Below, in pieces: positions 43,255 through 52,482 of a DNA stretch of 64,000 bases. How positions within the stretch are numbered: the first letter of the stretch is position 1; each line of letters opens with the position of its first letter. This DNA is from Eubacterium sp. (GTDB lineage: Bacteria > Bacillota > Clostridia > Lachnospirales > Lachnospiraceae): positions 7,632 through 71,631 of the forward strand of contig JAFRWY010000020.1 in NCBI GenBank assembly GCA_017437905.1, read 5' to 3'. Below the pieces are notes generated by a model that saw nothing but the letters and a program-made list of their open reading frames with translations, was not told the origin of the DNA and did not search any database. The position numbers and the translations under genes were made by a program.

Positions 43255-46200
43255 ATGCACGTAAGAGGTTTGAAGAAGAAACTGTATCTTGCGGGAGTGA
43301 CGGTGGCCCTTCTTTCATCCGGCGTTGCCGCGACGAAGGGAACTGCGGAAGCTGCGGAAACGGAGGAGCCGCAGGTGGTCATGGCAGATGAGGCTTCGGA
43401 AGGAGAGGACACTGCTCCGGAAACGGATGAAACGGATCCGGAAGCGGAAACCACAGGATCCGAAGCAGAGGATGCCGATGCAAAGGAGGAAGCTGCAGAG
43501 GAAACCGCCCCGGTTGAGCAAGGGGAGGAAGTGACAGAGGACGAGACAGCTGCGGAGTCTGAAACCGAAGAGAAGCAGGAAGGGGACGCTGCAGATGCCG
43601 GTGCGGAGGAAGATGCTGCGCAGGCGGACTCAGTGAATGCAGGCGGAGTTATCCAGTATGCGGATCAGGCGGAAACCGGTGAGCTGGGAGATCTGGCAGT
43701 AAGTGAAGGCGAAAACGGCTGGGTCGAGGAGGATGGCAGGAAGTATTACTACGTTAACGGCGAGAAGGTGAAGCAAACGGTCATGCTGATCGACGGAGAG
43801 TATTACGGGTTTGCCACGGACGGAAGGTTATATGTCAGTTCCACGTTCTCCGTCTGGAACAGCGGAAAGAGTAAATACATCTATCATCGGGCGGATAAAA
43901 ACGGTGTACTTTTAAGAAGTACATGGTATGATAACGGATCGAGTCTGTATTATTTTGATGAGCATTCGGACGGGTTAGACGGGATCTGCAAGGTGGAGGG
44001 TACCGAGTATCTTTTCGACGCCGGACTGCTTGTCAGGGACAACTCCACTACCATAGATGGGACGGCTTATGCAGGTGATTCGGAAGGTAAGCCCGTAAAG
44101 CTGAAGAAGAACGGCTGGACCAAGGCCGGTGATCGTTATTATTACACCATCGAAGGCGTGCTCCAGAAGAATCGTATCATTATCTGGGACGGTGACTACT
44201 ACCTGGTCGACAATCGCGGCCGGATGGTGGATGACGGAACATACTCATTTTACAACAGCGATATGGGACGTACCGTGTACTACAGAGCAAAGAAGGGCGG
44301 TATTCTCTACAGGAGGGAATGGTACGAGGATACGGCGAACGGTGCGTACTACTATTATACGGCAGAGGGGCATGCACCCTACGGTTATACCAAAATGGGT
44401 TCCACCTATTTTGCATTTGATTATGAAGGACGGGCGGTGATCAGCAGGCTCATCACATTTGACGATGTTCTGTATGTGGCGGACGAGAACGGTCATGCGA
44501 AACCGGTTACGAAGAAGACAGGCTGGGTCGATGCCGGTGCCGGGATCTATTACTACGTGCTGGATGGGACGGCGGTCACGAGTCGGAACGTGGAGATCGA
44601 TGGCAAAATATACGCCTTTGATTATTACGGACAGCTTTACAAAAATACAACCTTCAACCGGTACGATGACGGTGTTTATCATTATTACCGTGCAAAGAAG
44701 GATGGAACGATTTACCGGAATGAATGGGTTGAAGCGGACGGAGGGTGGTATTATTACGGCAAGGACGGAGTGGCCGCAGAAGGCTTTTTGACCTTCGGAA
44801 AGACCACCTACTGTTTCTATAACGGACGGATGCAGACAAATACGCAGACCACGGACGATGAGGAAAACGTGTGGTTCATCAATTCGAAGGGTGTCGCCAA
44901 AAAAGCACCGGAAAACGGATGGATCACGGTTGAGGGGGATAAGTATTATTTCCAGGACCGTGTGATGCAGAAGAGCAGGATCATCGAGATCGACGGCAAG
45001 AAGTACGGGTTCGATTATTACGGAAAACTGGAAGTCAACTGCCGTTTTTACATGGGCGGATACTATCATCGTGCGGATAAGAACGGCGTACTCCTCACAA
45101 ACACATGGTATAAGGATGAGTATTATAATGCAGAGGGTAATACCCCCTGGAACTATATCACGGTGAAGGGGAAGGGATATTACATTTCCGAAGCAAACGG
45201 AAAGGCAGTCTGCTCGGCGTATGTATGCTACGACGGAAAAACGATCTGGTACGCAAACGGTGCGGGAATTCTGTCCGAGGTGAAAAAGGACGGACTCTAC
45301 CGTCTGTATGACAACACCGTAATGATGCTCTCCGGCGGAGCCCTTGTAAAGGATGCGTGGAAGAAGGTTGACGGGACGTATTATTTCTTTGATTCCTTCG
45401 GATGTGCATTGATCGAGAACGGATATGTGGATGAAAAGGTCTATGTCTTCTATCCGGACGGAACGATTGCAAAGAACGGCTGGATCAACCTGTACGGGAA
45501 TGTCTACTACGCTAAGGCAGACGGAGAACTCCTGCTCGGAGAACAGACCATCGACGGAAAACACTACTATTTCGATTCCGACGGTGCAATGGTGACAGGT
45601 TTCTATAATATAGACGGAAAGTGTTATCTGTACGGAAGCGACGGTGCCCGGATGGGAGGCGCCAAGAAGGACGGCTGGTACAAGGTTGAAGGAGAATGGT
45701 ACTATATTCAGGACGGATATCCCATCAGCAACGGACCTGTGACCATCGGTGAGAATACCTATTATTTCATGAACGGAAAGATGAGACGGAATTACATCGA
45801 TAGCAGCAGCAACAAGCATGTTTTCGGTAAGGACGGTATGCTTGTGAAGCGCGGATGGGTAAAGGTCAATGGATACTGGTTCTATGTGGATCCGGAAACC
45901 GGAAAGTATTCTAACAGCGAATTCAAAACCATCGGGGGTAAGTCCTACTACTTCGATTATTACGGAGAACTGCTGATCGGTACCCGTCAGATTGATGATG
46001 TGCTGGTGACCACGGATGCAAACGGTGTCATCAAGAAGAGAGATCCTCTGAAGAAGGGCTGGACTCTGGTCAACGGTGAGTACCACTTTGTTGATTCCAC
46101 AGGATATAAGTACTATACCGGCTGGGTCGGAAACTATTACGTAAACAACGGTGTACTGGAGACCAATTCCGTCGTTGATGGCGATTATCTGGTGGATGAC

Positions 46201-47190
46201 AGCGGAAAATGGATCAAAACCCAGGGATGGCATACAATGATCTCCCCGTTCATTTTCGAATATATCGATGAGATCAAGGCAGCGGGATACACACTGAAGC
46301 AGGTTCTTCCGAAATACTATGTGAAGAAAAACGGGAAGATCGCAAGGAACGAATGGCTGAAACTGGGCGGCTACTGGTATTACTTTAATTCCGAGGGTGA
46401 AATGGCAAGAGGACTTTGGACCGAAGGAAAGAAGTACCATTACATGGATGATAACGGCAGATGGGTGAAGACCCTGGATTCGCCGGATGAAGGCTGGTAC
46501 CAGTTCGGCAAGGAGTGGCTGTACATCGACGGAAACACGTACTATCATACTGTGACACTTTACGGAAAGGATTACTACCTCAATCCGTATATGGTATCGA
46601 ATAAGGTCGCGTCGAATTACTCTTCATATCACTCCTTCCGGGACGGATACTACTACGGGAAGAGCGGTGCAGCTGATAAAACCTTATCCGGATGGAAGAA
46701 GATCAATGAAAAGTGGTACTATTTCCTGAAGGACGGACGTGCCGTCTGCGGATGGGTCAGCCTCGGAAAGAAGCGTTACTATATCGACGAGGAGGACGGA
46801 ATGGTCACCGGACCCCGGGCGATCGACGGTCAGCTTTACATCTTCGACAAAAACGGTGTTCTTACAAAACAGGTCGTAAAGATGGAAGGCTGGTATAAGG
46901 GACCGGACGGATGGTACTACTATCAGAACGGAAAACTGACCTACAGTTACGAGGTATGCATTGACGGCGAATACTACAGTTTCATGGAAGGCAAGATGGT
47001 TACGAACCGGATGGTGGACGGGTATTATTACGGCGTGGACGGAAAGAGGGTTCGGAATCAGTGGAAGAAACTGGAAGGCTACTGGTTCTACTTCGGAGCA
47101 GACGGATATTCCGTGAACGGGGAACAGACCATCGGCGGCAAGAAGTATTTATTCGGCTTTGCAGGAAATCTGGTGAAAGAGATCAAGTGA
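43255..47190 (+). CDS. Giant (about 1311 aa) secreted CW_binding_1 repeat protein with an acidic N-terminal region and no recognisable catalytic domain
   Basis: Signal peptide MHVRGLKKKLYLAGVTVALLSSGVAATKGTAEA, about 120 aa of Glu/Asp/Ala-rich sequence, then about 1150 aa of degenerate repeats (GWVxxxGxxYYF...G). ATG 43255 is 6 nt after AGGAGG. Confidence 0.85.
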   Translation: MHVRGLKKKLYLAGVTVALLSSGVAATKGTAEAAETEEPQVVMADEASEGEDTAPETDETDPEAETTGSEAEDADAKEEAAEETAPVEQGEEVTEDETAAESETEEKQEGDAADAGAEEDAAQADSVNAGGVIQYADQAETGELGDLAVSEGENGWVEEDGRKYYYVNGEKVKQTVMLIDGEYYGFATDGRLYVSSTFSVWNSGKSKYIYHRADKNGVLLRSTWYDNGSSLYYFDEHSDGLDGICKVEGTEYLFDAGLLVRDNSTTIDGTAYAGDSEGKPVKLKKNGWTKAGDRYYYTIEGVLQKNRIIIWDGDYYLVDNRGRMVDDGTYSFYNSDMGRTVYYRAKKGGILYRREWYEDTANGAYYYYTAEGHAPYGYTKMGSTYFAFDYEGRAVISRLITFDDVLYVADENGHAKPVTKKTGWVDAGAGIYYYVLDGTAVTSRNVEIDGKIYAFDYYGQLYKNTTFNRYDDGVYHYYRAKKDGTIYRNEWVEADGGWYYYGKDGVAAEGFLTFGKTTYCFYNGRMQTNTQTTDDEENVWFINSKGVAKKAPENGWITVEGDKYYFQDRVMQKSRIIEIDGKKYGFDYYGKLEVNCRFYMGGYYHRADKNGVLLTNTWYKDEYYNAEGNTPWNYITVKGKGYYISEANGKAVCSAYVCYDGKTIWYANGAGILSEVKKDGLYRLYDNTVMMLSGGALVKDAWKKVDGTYYFFDSFGCALIENGYVDEKVYVFYPDGTIAKNGWINLYGNVYYAKADGELLLGEQTIDGKHYYFDSDGAMVTGFYNIDGKCYLYGSDGARMGGAKKDGWYKVEGEWYYIQDGYPISNGPVTIGENTYYFMNGKMRRNYIDSSSNKHVFGKDGMLVKRGWVKVNGYWFYVDPETGKYSNSEFKTIGGKSYYFDYYGELLIGTRQIDDVLVTTDANGVIKKRDPLKKGWTLVNGEYHFVDSTGYKYYTGWVGNYYVNNGVLETNSVVDGDYLVDDSGKWIKTQGWHTMISPFIFEYIDEIKAAGYTLKQVLPKYYVKKNGKIARNEWLKLGGYWYYFNSEGEMARGLWTEGKKYHYMDDNGRWVKTLDSPDEGWYQFGKEWLYIDGNTYYHTVTLYGKDYYLNPYMVSNKVASNYSSYHSFRDGYYYGKSGAADKTLSGWKKINEKWYYFLKDGRAVCGWVSLGKKRYYIDEEDGMVTGPRAIDGQLYIFDKNGVLTKQVVKMEGWYKGPDGWYYYQNGKLTYSYEVCIDGEYYSFMEGKMVTNRMVDGYYYGVDGKRVRNQWKKLEGYWFYFGADGYSVNGEQTIGGKKYLFGFAGNLVKEIK

Positions 47191-47207
47191 TAAGGACTAA
47201 GTGACCG

Positions 47208-47238
47208 GCAGGAGCGGGAGACCGCTCCTGCTTTTTTT
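47208..47238 (+). terminator. Strong Rho-independent terminator ending the module A / surface-protein transcription unit
   Basis: GCAGGAGCGG - GAGA - CCGCTCCTGC followed by TTTTTTT. Confidence 0.85.
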
Positions 47239-47259
47239 GTTTCCTTTCGGAATGCTTTG

Positions 47260-47268
47260 TGCTATAAT
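47260..47268 (+). promoter_or_regulatory. Extended -10 promoter element for module B operon
   Basis: TGcTATAAT at 47260-68, directly after the terminator and about 100 nt before the first module B gene. Confidence 0.4.
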
Positions 47269-47369
47269 TATTCAGTTAAAGTCTGTCCAAATGCAGGAAG
47301 GTGCATGGATAGCGGCATCGAAAGGCGGACCGGACCTGTGATCTTCCGGTCTGCGGGAAGTGTGAAAGT

Positions 47370-48668
47370 ATGGAGAAAAGATCCTCCGGAGCAAAGAAAA
47401 AATATAAAAAAAGGATTCTGATGATCGAGCATTACGCCGGATCTCTTACCATGGGAATGGAGTTCCGCCCGTATTATATGGCACGCGAATGGGTGCGTAT
47501 GGGATACCGTGTGGATATTGTGGCTGCGGATTACTCACATCTTCGGCTGGAGAATCCCGTGATCCATCATGAATTCCAATGCACCGTGGAGGACGGGATC
47601 CGTTATCACTGGATCCATACCCGGACGTATTCGGGAAACGGGGTGGCCCGTGCAGTCACCATGGCGCAGTTTCTGTCAAAACTCAGGGGCGCGGCCGGAC
47701 GGATCGCAGCCTCTTACAATCCGGATGTGATCATCACATCATCCACCTATCCCCTGGATACCTATGTGGGACAGAGTATCCGGAAGAAAACCAACAAGGC
47801 CAGGAAAGCTGCCGGCAAGGCGGCGGACGTTCGTCTCATCCATGAAGTCCATGACATGTGGCCGGCCACACTGATCGAGGTGGGGGGGATGTCGAAGCAT
47901 CATCCCTTTACGGTAGCCATGCAGGCCGGAGAGAACAGTGCATATAAGAATTCCGATCTGGTGGTGTCATTGCTGCCGTTGACGGAGCCCTATATGAAGG
48001 AACACGGTCTCGGGGACGGACGCTGGTATCATATCCCCAACGGGATCGTGGAGGAAGAATGGACGGATCCGGAACCGCTGCCGGAAGAGCATGAACGGCT
48101 TCTGAAGGAACTTCGTGACCGGGGACGGTTCGTAGTCGGGTATTTCGGAGGACATGCCCTGTCCAACGCGCTGGATGTGCTGCTGGATGCGGCGAAGAAG
48201 ACGGAGGAACGCAGCGGACGTGCCTCGTACGTTCTGGTGGGTGACGGCGTGGAGAAGGAGGAACTTCAAAAAAGGGCAAAGGAGCTTGGCCTTAAGGAGG
48301 TGTATTTCCTTCCGAAGGTACCCAAGAAGGCGGTGCCGTCACTGGTCGGCTGGTTTGACTGCACCTATGTGGGAGCGAAGAATTCGACCCTGTACCGTTT
48401 CGGCCTCTGTATGAACAAAATCTTTGACTCCATGATGGCCGGATGCCCGATCCTCTGTGCCATCTCCACACCGGATGATATCGTGACCGGAAACGGTGCG
48501 GGCGTAATGGTGCCCTCGGATGCACCGGAGGCCATCGATGCGGCGGTTGCGGCATGGGAAGCACTCCCGCCGGAGGAACTCCGGAAGATGGGAGAGTCGG
48601 GACACCGCGCGGCGGTAGAACACTACACATATAAAAAGCTTGCGGAGGAATTCGCAAGGCTCTTTTAA
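47370..48668 (+). CDS. GT4-family glycosyltransferase (WbuB-like)
   Basis: The N-terminal RILMIEHYAGSLTMGMEFRPYYMAREW is typical of the WbuB/WcaI-like subgroup. The C-terminal half is a GT-B fold. ATG 47421 is an alternative start. Confidence 0.75.
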   Translation: MEKRSSGAKKKYKKRILMIEHYAGSLTMGMEFRPYYMAREWVRMGYRVDIVAADYSHLRLENPVIHHEFQCTVEDGIRYHWIHTRTYSGNGVARAVTMAQFLSKLRGAAGRIAASYNPDVIITSSTYPLDTYVGQSIRKKTNKARKAAGKAADVRLIHEVHDMWPATLIEVGGMSKHHPFTVAMQAGENSAYKNSDLVVSLLPLTEPYMKEHGLGDGRWYHIPNGIVEEEWTDPEPLPEEHERLLKELRDRGRFVVGYFGGHALSNALDVLLDAAKKTEERSGRASYVLVGDGVEKEELQKRAKELGLKEVYFLPKVPKKAVPSLVGWFDCTYVGAKNSTLYRFGLCMNKIFDSMMAGCPILCAISTPDDIVTGNGAGVMVPSDAPEAIDAAVAAWEALPPEELRKMGESGHRAAVEHYTYKKLAEEFARLF

Positions 48669-48736
48669 GGCACCGCTCCGGATACAGTCGGATCCGGAAC
48701 GGAAGGCGATACATAAAACGAGGAGAATAACGAACT

Positions 48737-50062
48737 ATGGGAGACATGAAGTCAGAACTGCTGAAGAAGATTGAGGACCGCACCCTGGTTGCAGGTGTTG
48801 TGGGACTCGGGTCTGTGGGACTGCCCCTGGCCGTTGAGAAGGCCAAGGCGGGCTTTACCACCATCGGCTTTGACGTGCAGAGCGCCAAGGTGGATATGGT
48901 AAATGCAGGCCATAACTACATCGGGGATGTGGTGGATTCGGATCTGGAGAAGCTGGTAAAGGAAGGAAAACTCCGGGCAACCTCCGATTTTTCCTTCATC
49001 GGGGATGTGGATTTTATCGCCATCTGTGTTCCGACACCGCTGGACAGCCATCAGGAGCCGGACATCAGTTATGTCAGGGATTCCACCATCGCCATTTCAA
49101 AGCATCTGAAGAAGGGAACCATGGTGGTCCTGGAATCCACCACCTATCCGGGAACCACGGAGGAGCTGATCAAACCGCTTCTGGAGGAAGGCAGCGGCCT
49201 TACCTGCGGGGAGGATTTCTATCTGGGCTTCTCACCGGAACGTGTGGATCCGGGCAATCTCATTTATAAAACAAAGAACACCCCGAAGGTGGTGGGTGCG
49301 ATCTCAAAGGATGGAGGAGAGGTGATCTCCGCCATGTACCGTGCGGTACTGGAGGGGGATGTCTTCACGGTATCTTCCCCCGCTGTCGCGGAAATGGAGA
49401 AGATCCTGGAGAATACCTACCGGAATATCAATATCGGCCTGATCAACGAGATCGGTCGCCTCTGCCATGAGATGGGCATTTCCGTCTGGGAGGTGATCGA
49501 TGCGGCGAAGACCAAGCCTTACGGCTTTCAGGCCTTCTATCCGGGTCCGGGTCTCGGCGGACACTGCATCCCGCTGGATCCGTATTATCTTACCTGGAAG
49601 GCGAGAGAGTACGGCTTCCATACCACGCTGATCGAGAACAGCATGGTGATAAACGACGGACAGCCTGAGTACTGTGTGGACCGGGCCATGCACATCCTGA
49701 ACCGTCACAAAAAGGCGATCAACGGTGCGAAGGTGCTGCAGCTGGGTGTGTCCTACAAGAATGATATCGATGATTACCGGGAGAGTCCGGCCATCCGCGT
49801 AATGAAGGAACTCCGGAAGGTGGGAGCGGAAGTGGATTACTACGATCCCTGGGTTCCGGAATTTAAGAATATGTACGGAGAGAGCGGGAAGTCGATCCCG
49901 GAGCTTACTCCCGAGGTGGTGGCACGGTATGATCTGGTGATGATCACCACGGCACATCATAATGTGGACTATCAGATGGTGCAGAAGTCCGCACAGGCGA
50001 TCTTTGATACCAAGAACGTTATGAAGGACATCACACCGAGAGACAATATCGAAGTACTGTAG
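48737..50062 (+). CDS. UDP-N-acetyl-hexosamine 6-dehydrogenase (WbpA/WecC/TviB family nucleotide-sugar dehydrogenase)
   Basis: N-terminal VAGVVGLGSVGLPLA Rossmann motif, catalytic region GGHCIPLDPYYL and a C-terminal UDP-binding domain. Confidence 0.8.
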   Translation: MGDMKSELLKKIEDRTLVAGVVGLGSVGLPLAVEKAKAGFTTIGFDVQSAKVDMVNAGHNYIGDVVDSDLEKLVKEGKLRATSDFSFIGDVDFIAICVPTPLDSHQEPDISYVRDSTIAISKHLKKGTMVVLESTTYPGTTEELIKPLLEEGSGLTCGEDFYLGFSPERVDPGNLIYKTKNTPKVVGAISKDGGEVISAMYRAVLEGDVFTVSSPAVAEMEKILENTYRNINIGLINEIGRLCHEMGISVWEVIDAAKTKPYGFQAFYPGPGLGGHCIPLDPYYLTWKAREYGFHTTLIENSMVINDGQPEYCVDRAMHILNRHKKAINGAKVLQLGVSYKNDIDDYRESPAIRVMKELRKVGAEVDYYDPWVPEFKNMYGESGKSIPELTPEVVARYDLVMITTAHHNVDYQMVQKSAQAIFDTKNVMKDITPRDNIEVL

Positions 50063-50079
50063 AATAGAGGACAATCAAC

Positions 50080-51162
50080 ATGCGTTATGCACTGATCGGC
50101 TGCGGCCGCATTTCAACGAATCATATCAAGGCAGCCATGAACAATCAGCTGGAGATCGTAGCTGTCGTGGACATTATCCCGGAGCATATGGAAGAGGTCC
50201 TTTCGAAGAACGGTCTGGAGAAGGATGCATCCATAGCAAGATATACGGACTATGTGAAGATGCTGGAGGAGCAAAAACCCGAGCTTGTCAGTATCGCAAC
50301 GGAGAGCGGATCCCATGCGGGGATCGCCCTGGATGCGATCGACCGGGGGATCCCCGTGATCATCGAGAAGCCCATGGCCATGTCCATGGCGGATGCGGAG
50401 GAGATCATCCGAAGGTCGAAGGAGAAGGGGGTGAAGGTATCCGCCTGTCATCAGAACCGGTTCAATATCGCCGTGCAGAAGATGCGCCGGGCCCTGGAGG
50501 CCGGACGTTTCGGGAAGCTTTCCCACGGATCCATCCACGTACGCTGGAACCGGAACAAGGCCTACTATGATCAGGCACCCTGGAGAGGAACCTGGGCGGA
50601 GGACGGCGGAACCCTGATGAATCAGTGCATTCACGGCATCGATTTGCTCCGCTGGACCTTCGGGGATGAGGTGGAGGAGGTCTACGGTGCCACCCGTCAG
50701 GTGCAGCATCCCTACCTGGAGGCAGAGGATGTGGGCATGGCAGTGGTAAAGTTTAAGAACGGCGCCATCGCCACCATCGAGGGGACGGTAAATGTGTATC
50801 CGAAGAATCTGGAGGAGACCCTGTACATTTTCGGGGAGAACGGAACCGTGAAGATCGGAGGCACCTCCACGAATAATATCGATGTCTGGGATTTCGCGGA
50901 TGAGACGGATCAGGATGCAGAGAATAAGGGATTGAAGGAGGCTACCAGCAATGTCTACGGAAACGGACATACCAGCCTCTTTCGGGATATGATCGAAGCC
51001 ATCGAACAGGACAGGGATCCGTATGTGGATGCCGTGGCAGGCCGGAACGCATTGGAGCTGGTGCTTGCGATCTACAAGAGCCGGAAGGAGGGTCTTCCGG
51101 TGAGACTGCCACTTACGGACTTTTCCACGCTGGATATGCAGGGAACCTTTGACGAAAAATGA
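50080..51162 (+). CDS. Gfo/Idh/MocA-family oxidoreductase, candidate UDP-GlcNAcA 3-dehydrogenase (WbpB/WlbA role)
   Basis: MRYALIGCGRISTNHIKA Rossmann start and an EKP motif (VIIEKPMA). The functional call rests on the flanking WbpA-, WbpD- and WbpE-like genes. Confidence 0.6.
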   Translation: MRYALIGCGRISTNHIKAAMNNQLEIVAVVDIIPEHMEEVLSKNGLEKDASIARYTDYVKMLEEQKPELVSIATESGSHAGIALDAIDRGIPVIIEKPMAMSMADAEEIIRRSKEKGVKVSACHQNRFNIAVQKMRRALEAGRFGKLSHGSIHVRWNRNKAYYDQAPWRGTWAEDGGTLMNQCIHGIDLLRWTFGDEVEEVYGATRQVQHPYLEAEDVGMAVVKFKNGAIATIEGTVNVYPKNLEETLYIFGENGTVKIGGTSTNNIDVWDFADETDQDAENKGLKEATSNVYGNGHTSLFRDMIEAIEQDRDPYVDAVAGRNALELVLAIYKSRKEGLPVRLPLTDFSTLDMQGTFDEK

Positions 51163-51244
51163 CCGTCCCCGGCAGGGCCGTACCGGAAGATCCGGAGCCG
51201 GGAAAAGGGACGGAGAATAGAAGAACGAAGGGAAGCAGGAGAGC

Positions 51245-51781
51245 ATGGGACAGGAAGAGAAGTCTTATTTTGTACATGAGAGCAGTTACGTGGATGAAGG
51301 CGCCATCATCGGTGAAGGAACAAAGATCTGGCATTTCTGCCACATCCAGTCCGGCGCGGTGATCGGAAAGAACTGCTCCCTCGGCCAGAATGTAAATGTG
51401 GCCGGCGGTGCCGTGATCGGTGACCGCTGCAAACTGCAGAACAATGTATCGGTTTATGAGGGCGTGATCCTGGAGGACGGCGTCTTCTGCGGGCCGTCCT
51501 GTGTCTTTACGAATGATCTTACCCCGCGGGCAGAGTATCCGAAGGGCAGGGCGAATTATAAGAAGACGGTGGTACGGAGCGGAGCCTCCATCGGGGCGAA
51601 TGCCACCATCGTCTGCGGCAATACACTTGGAAAATGCGCACTTGTGGCGGCCGGAGCCGTGGTTACGGATGATGTTCCGGACTATACGCTGGTGGCAGGA
51701 GTTCCCGCCCGTGTGGTGGGACGCGTGGATGAACACGGAAATGTAGTGGAGTGGTACAGGGATGATCATAAGATGGAGTGA
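51245..51781 (+). CDS. Left-handed beta-helix N-acetyltransferase (WbpD/WlbB-like)
   Basis: IWHFCHIQSGAVIGKNCSLGQNVNV...KLQNNVSVYEGVILEDGVFCGPSCVFTND...GVPARVVG is almost collinear with Bordetella WlbB as I recall it. Confidence 0.8.
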   Translation: MGQEEKSYFVHESSYVDEGAIIGEGTKIWHFCHIQSGAVIGKNCSLGQNVNVAGGAVIGDRCKLQNNVSVYEGVILEDGVFCGPSCVFTNDLTPRAEYPKGRANYKKTVVRSGASIGANATIVCGNTLGKCALVAAGAVVTDDVPDYTLVAGVPARVVGRVDEHGNVVEWYRDDHKME

Positions 51782-52454
51782 ACTTCCGGAGACACTCAGA
51801 CGTCCGGAGGTAAAAAAGTATTATAAGCGTCTCTACAGGAGGAGAGGAAGTCTTCTCATCAAGCGGGGCTTTGATATTGCGGCATCCCTGATCATGATCC
51901 TTCTTCTTGCACCGGTGATGCTGGGGGTCGCCGTATGGATCAAGCTGGATTCCAAGGGACCGGTCTTCTTCCGGCAGGAACGGATCACGCAGTACGGAAG
52001 AAGGTTCCGGATCTTCAAGTTCCGGACCATGGTGGCGGATGCGGAACAGCTGGGCACCCTGGTTACGGTGGAGGAGGATCCCAGGATCACGAAAGTGGGA
52101 AAGAAGATCCGCTCCAAACGGCTGGATGAGCTGCCACAGCTCTTTAATATCCTGGCAGGAGACATGACCTTCGTGGGAACCCGTCCGGAGGTGCTGAAAT
52201 ATGTAGAATACTACCGGCCGGAATGGATGGCGACACTGCTGCTTCCCGCGGGAGTCACATCCAGTGCCAGTGTGGCATATAAGGATGAGGACGCAGTCAT
52301 GCAGAACTATCGGGAGAAGGGATATTCCGTGGATGAGATCTATACGCGGTATATCCTGCCGGAGAAGATGCGTTACAATCTTGAAGAACTCAGGTCCTTC
52401 AGTCTTTGGCATGATATGAAGATCCTGGTACGGACCGTACTTGCGGTCATCTGA
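51762..52454 (+). CDS. Second small undecaprenyl-phosphate sugar phosphotransferase (Bac_transf family)
   Basis: RITQYGRRFRIFKFRTM and DELPQLFNILAGDMTFVGTRPE. It overlaps the upstream gene by 20 nt. Confidence 0.88.
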   Translation: MIIRWSELPETLRRPEVKKYYKRLYRRRGSLLIKRGFDIAASLIMILLLAPVMLGVAVWIKLDSKGPVFFRQERITQYGRRFRIFKFRTMVADAEQLGTLVTVEEDPRITKVGKKIRSKRLDELPQLFNILAGDMTFVGTRPEVLKYVEYYRPEWMATLLLPAGVTSSASVAYKDEDAVMQNYREKGYSVDEIYTRYILPEKMRYNLEELRSFSLWHDMKILVRTVLAVI

Positions 52455-52482
52455 ACGACGAAGGAACCTTAGGAGGATGGAA

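Noticed and set aside
44245-46548. 767-aa minus-strand ORF (plus 54162..55829, 58347..59300, 13127..13876 and 16777..17640 on the minus strand)
   Set aside because: All are antisense to CW_binding_1 repeat genes. The repetitive GGC/TGG/TAC/TTC codon usage simply lacks reverse-complement stops. The + strand products have signal peptides and canonical repeats.
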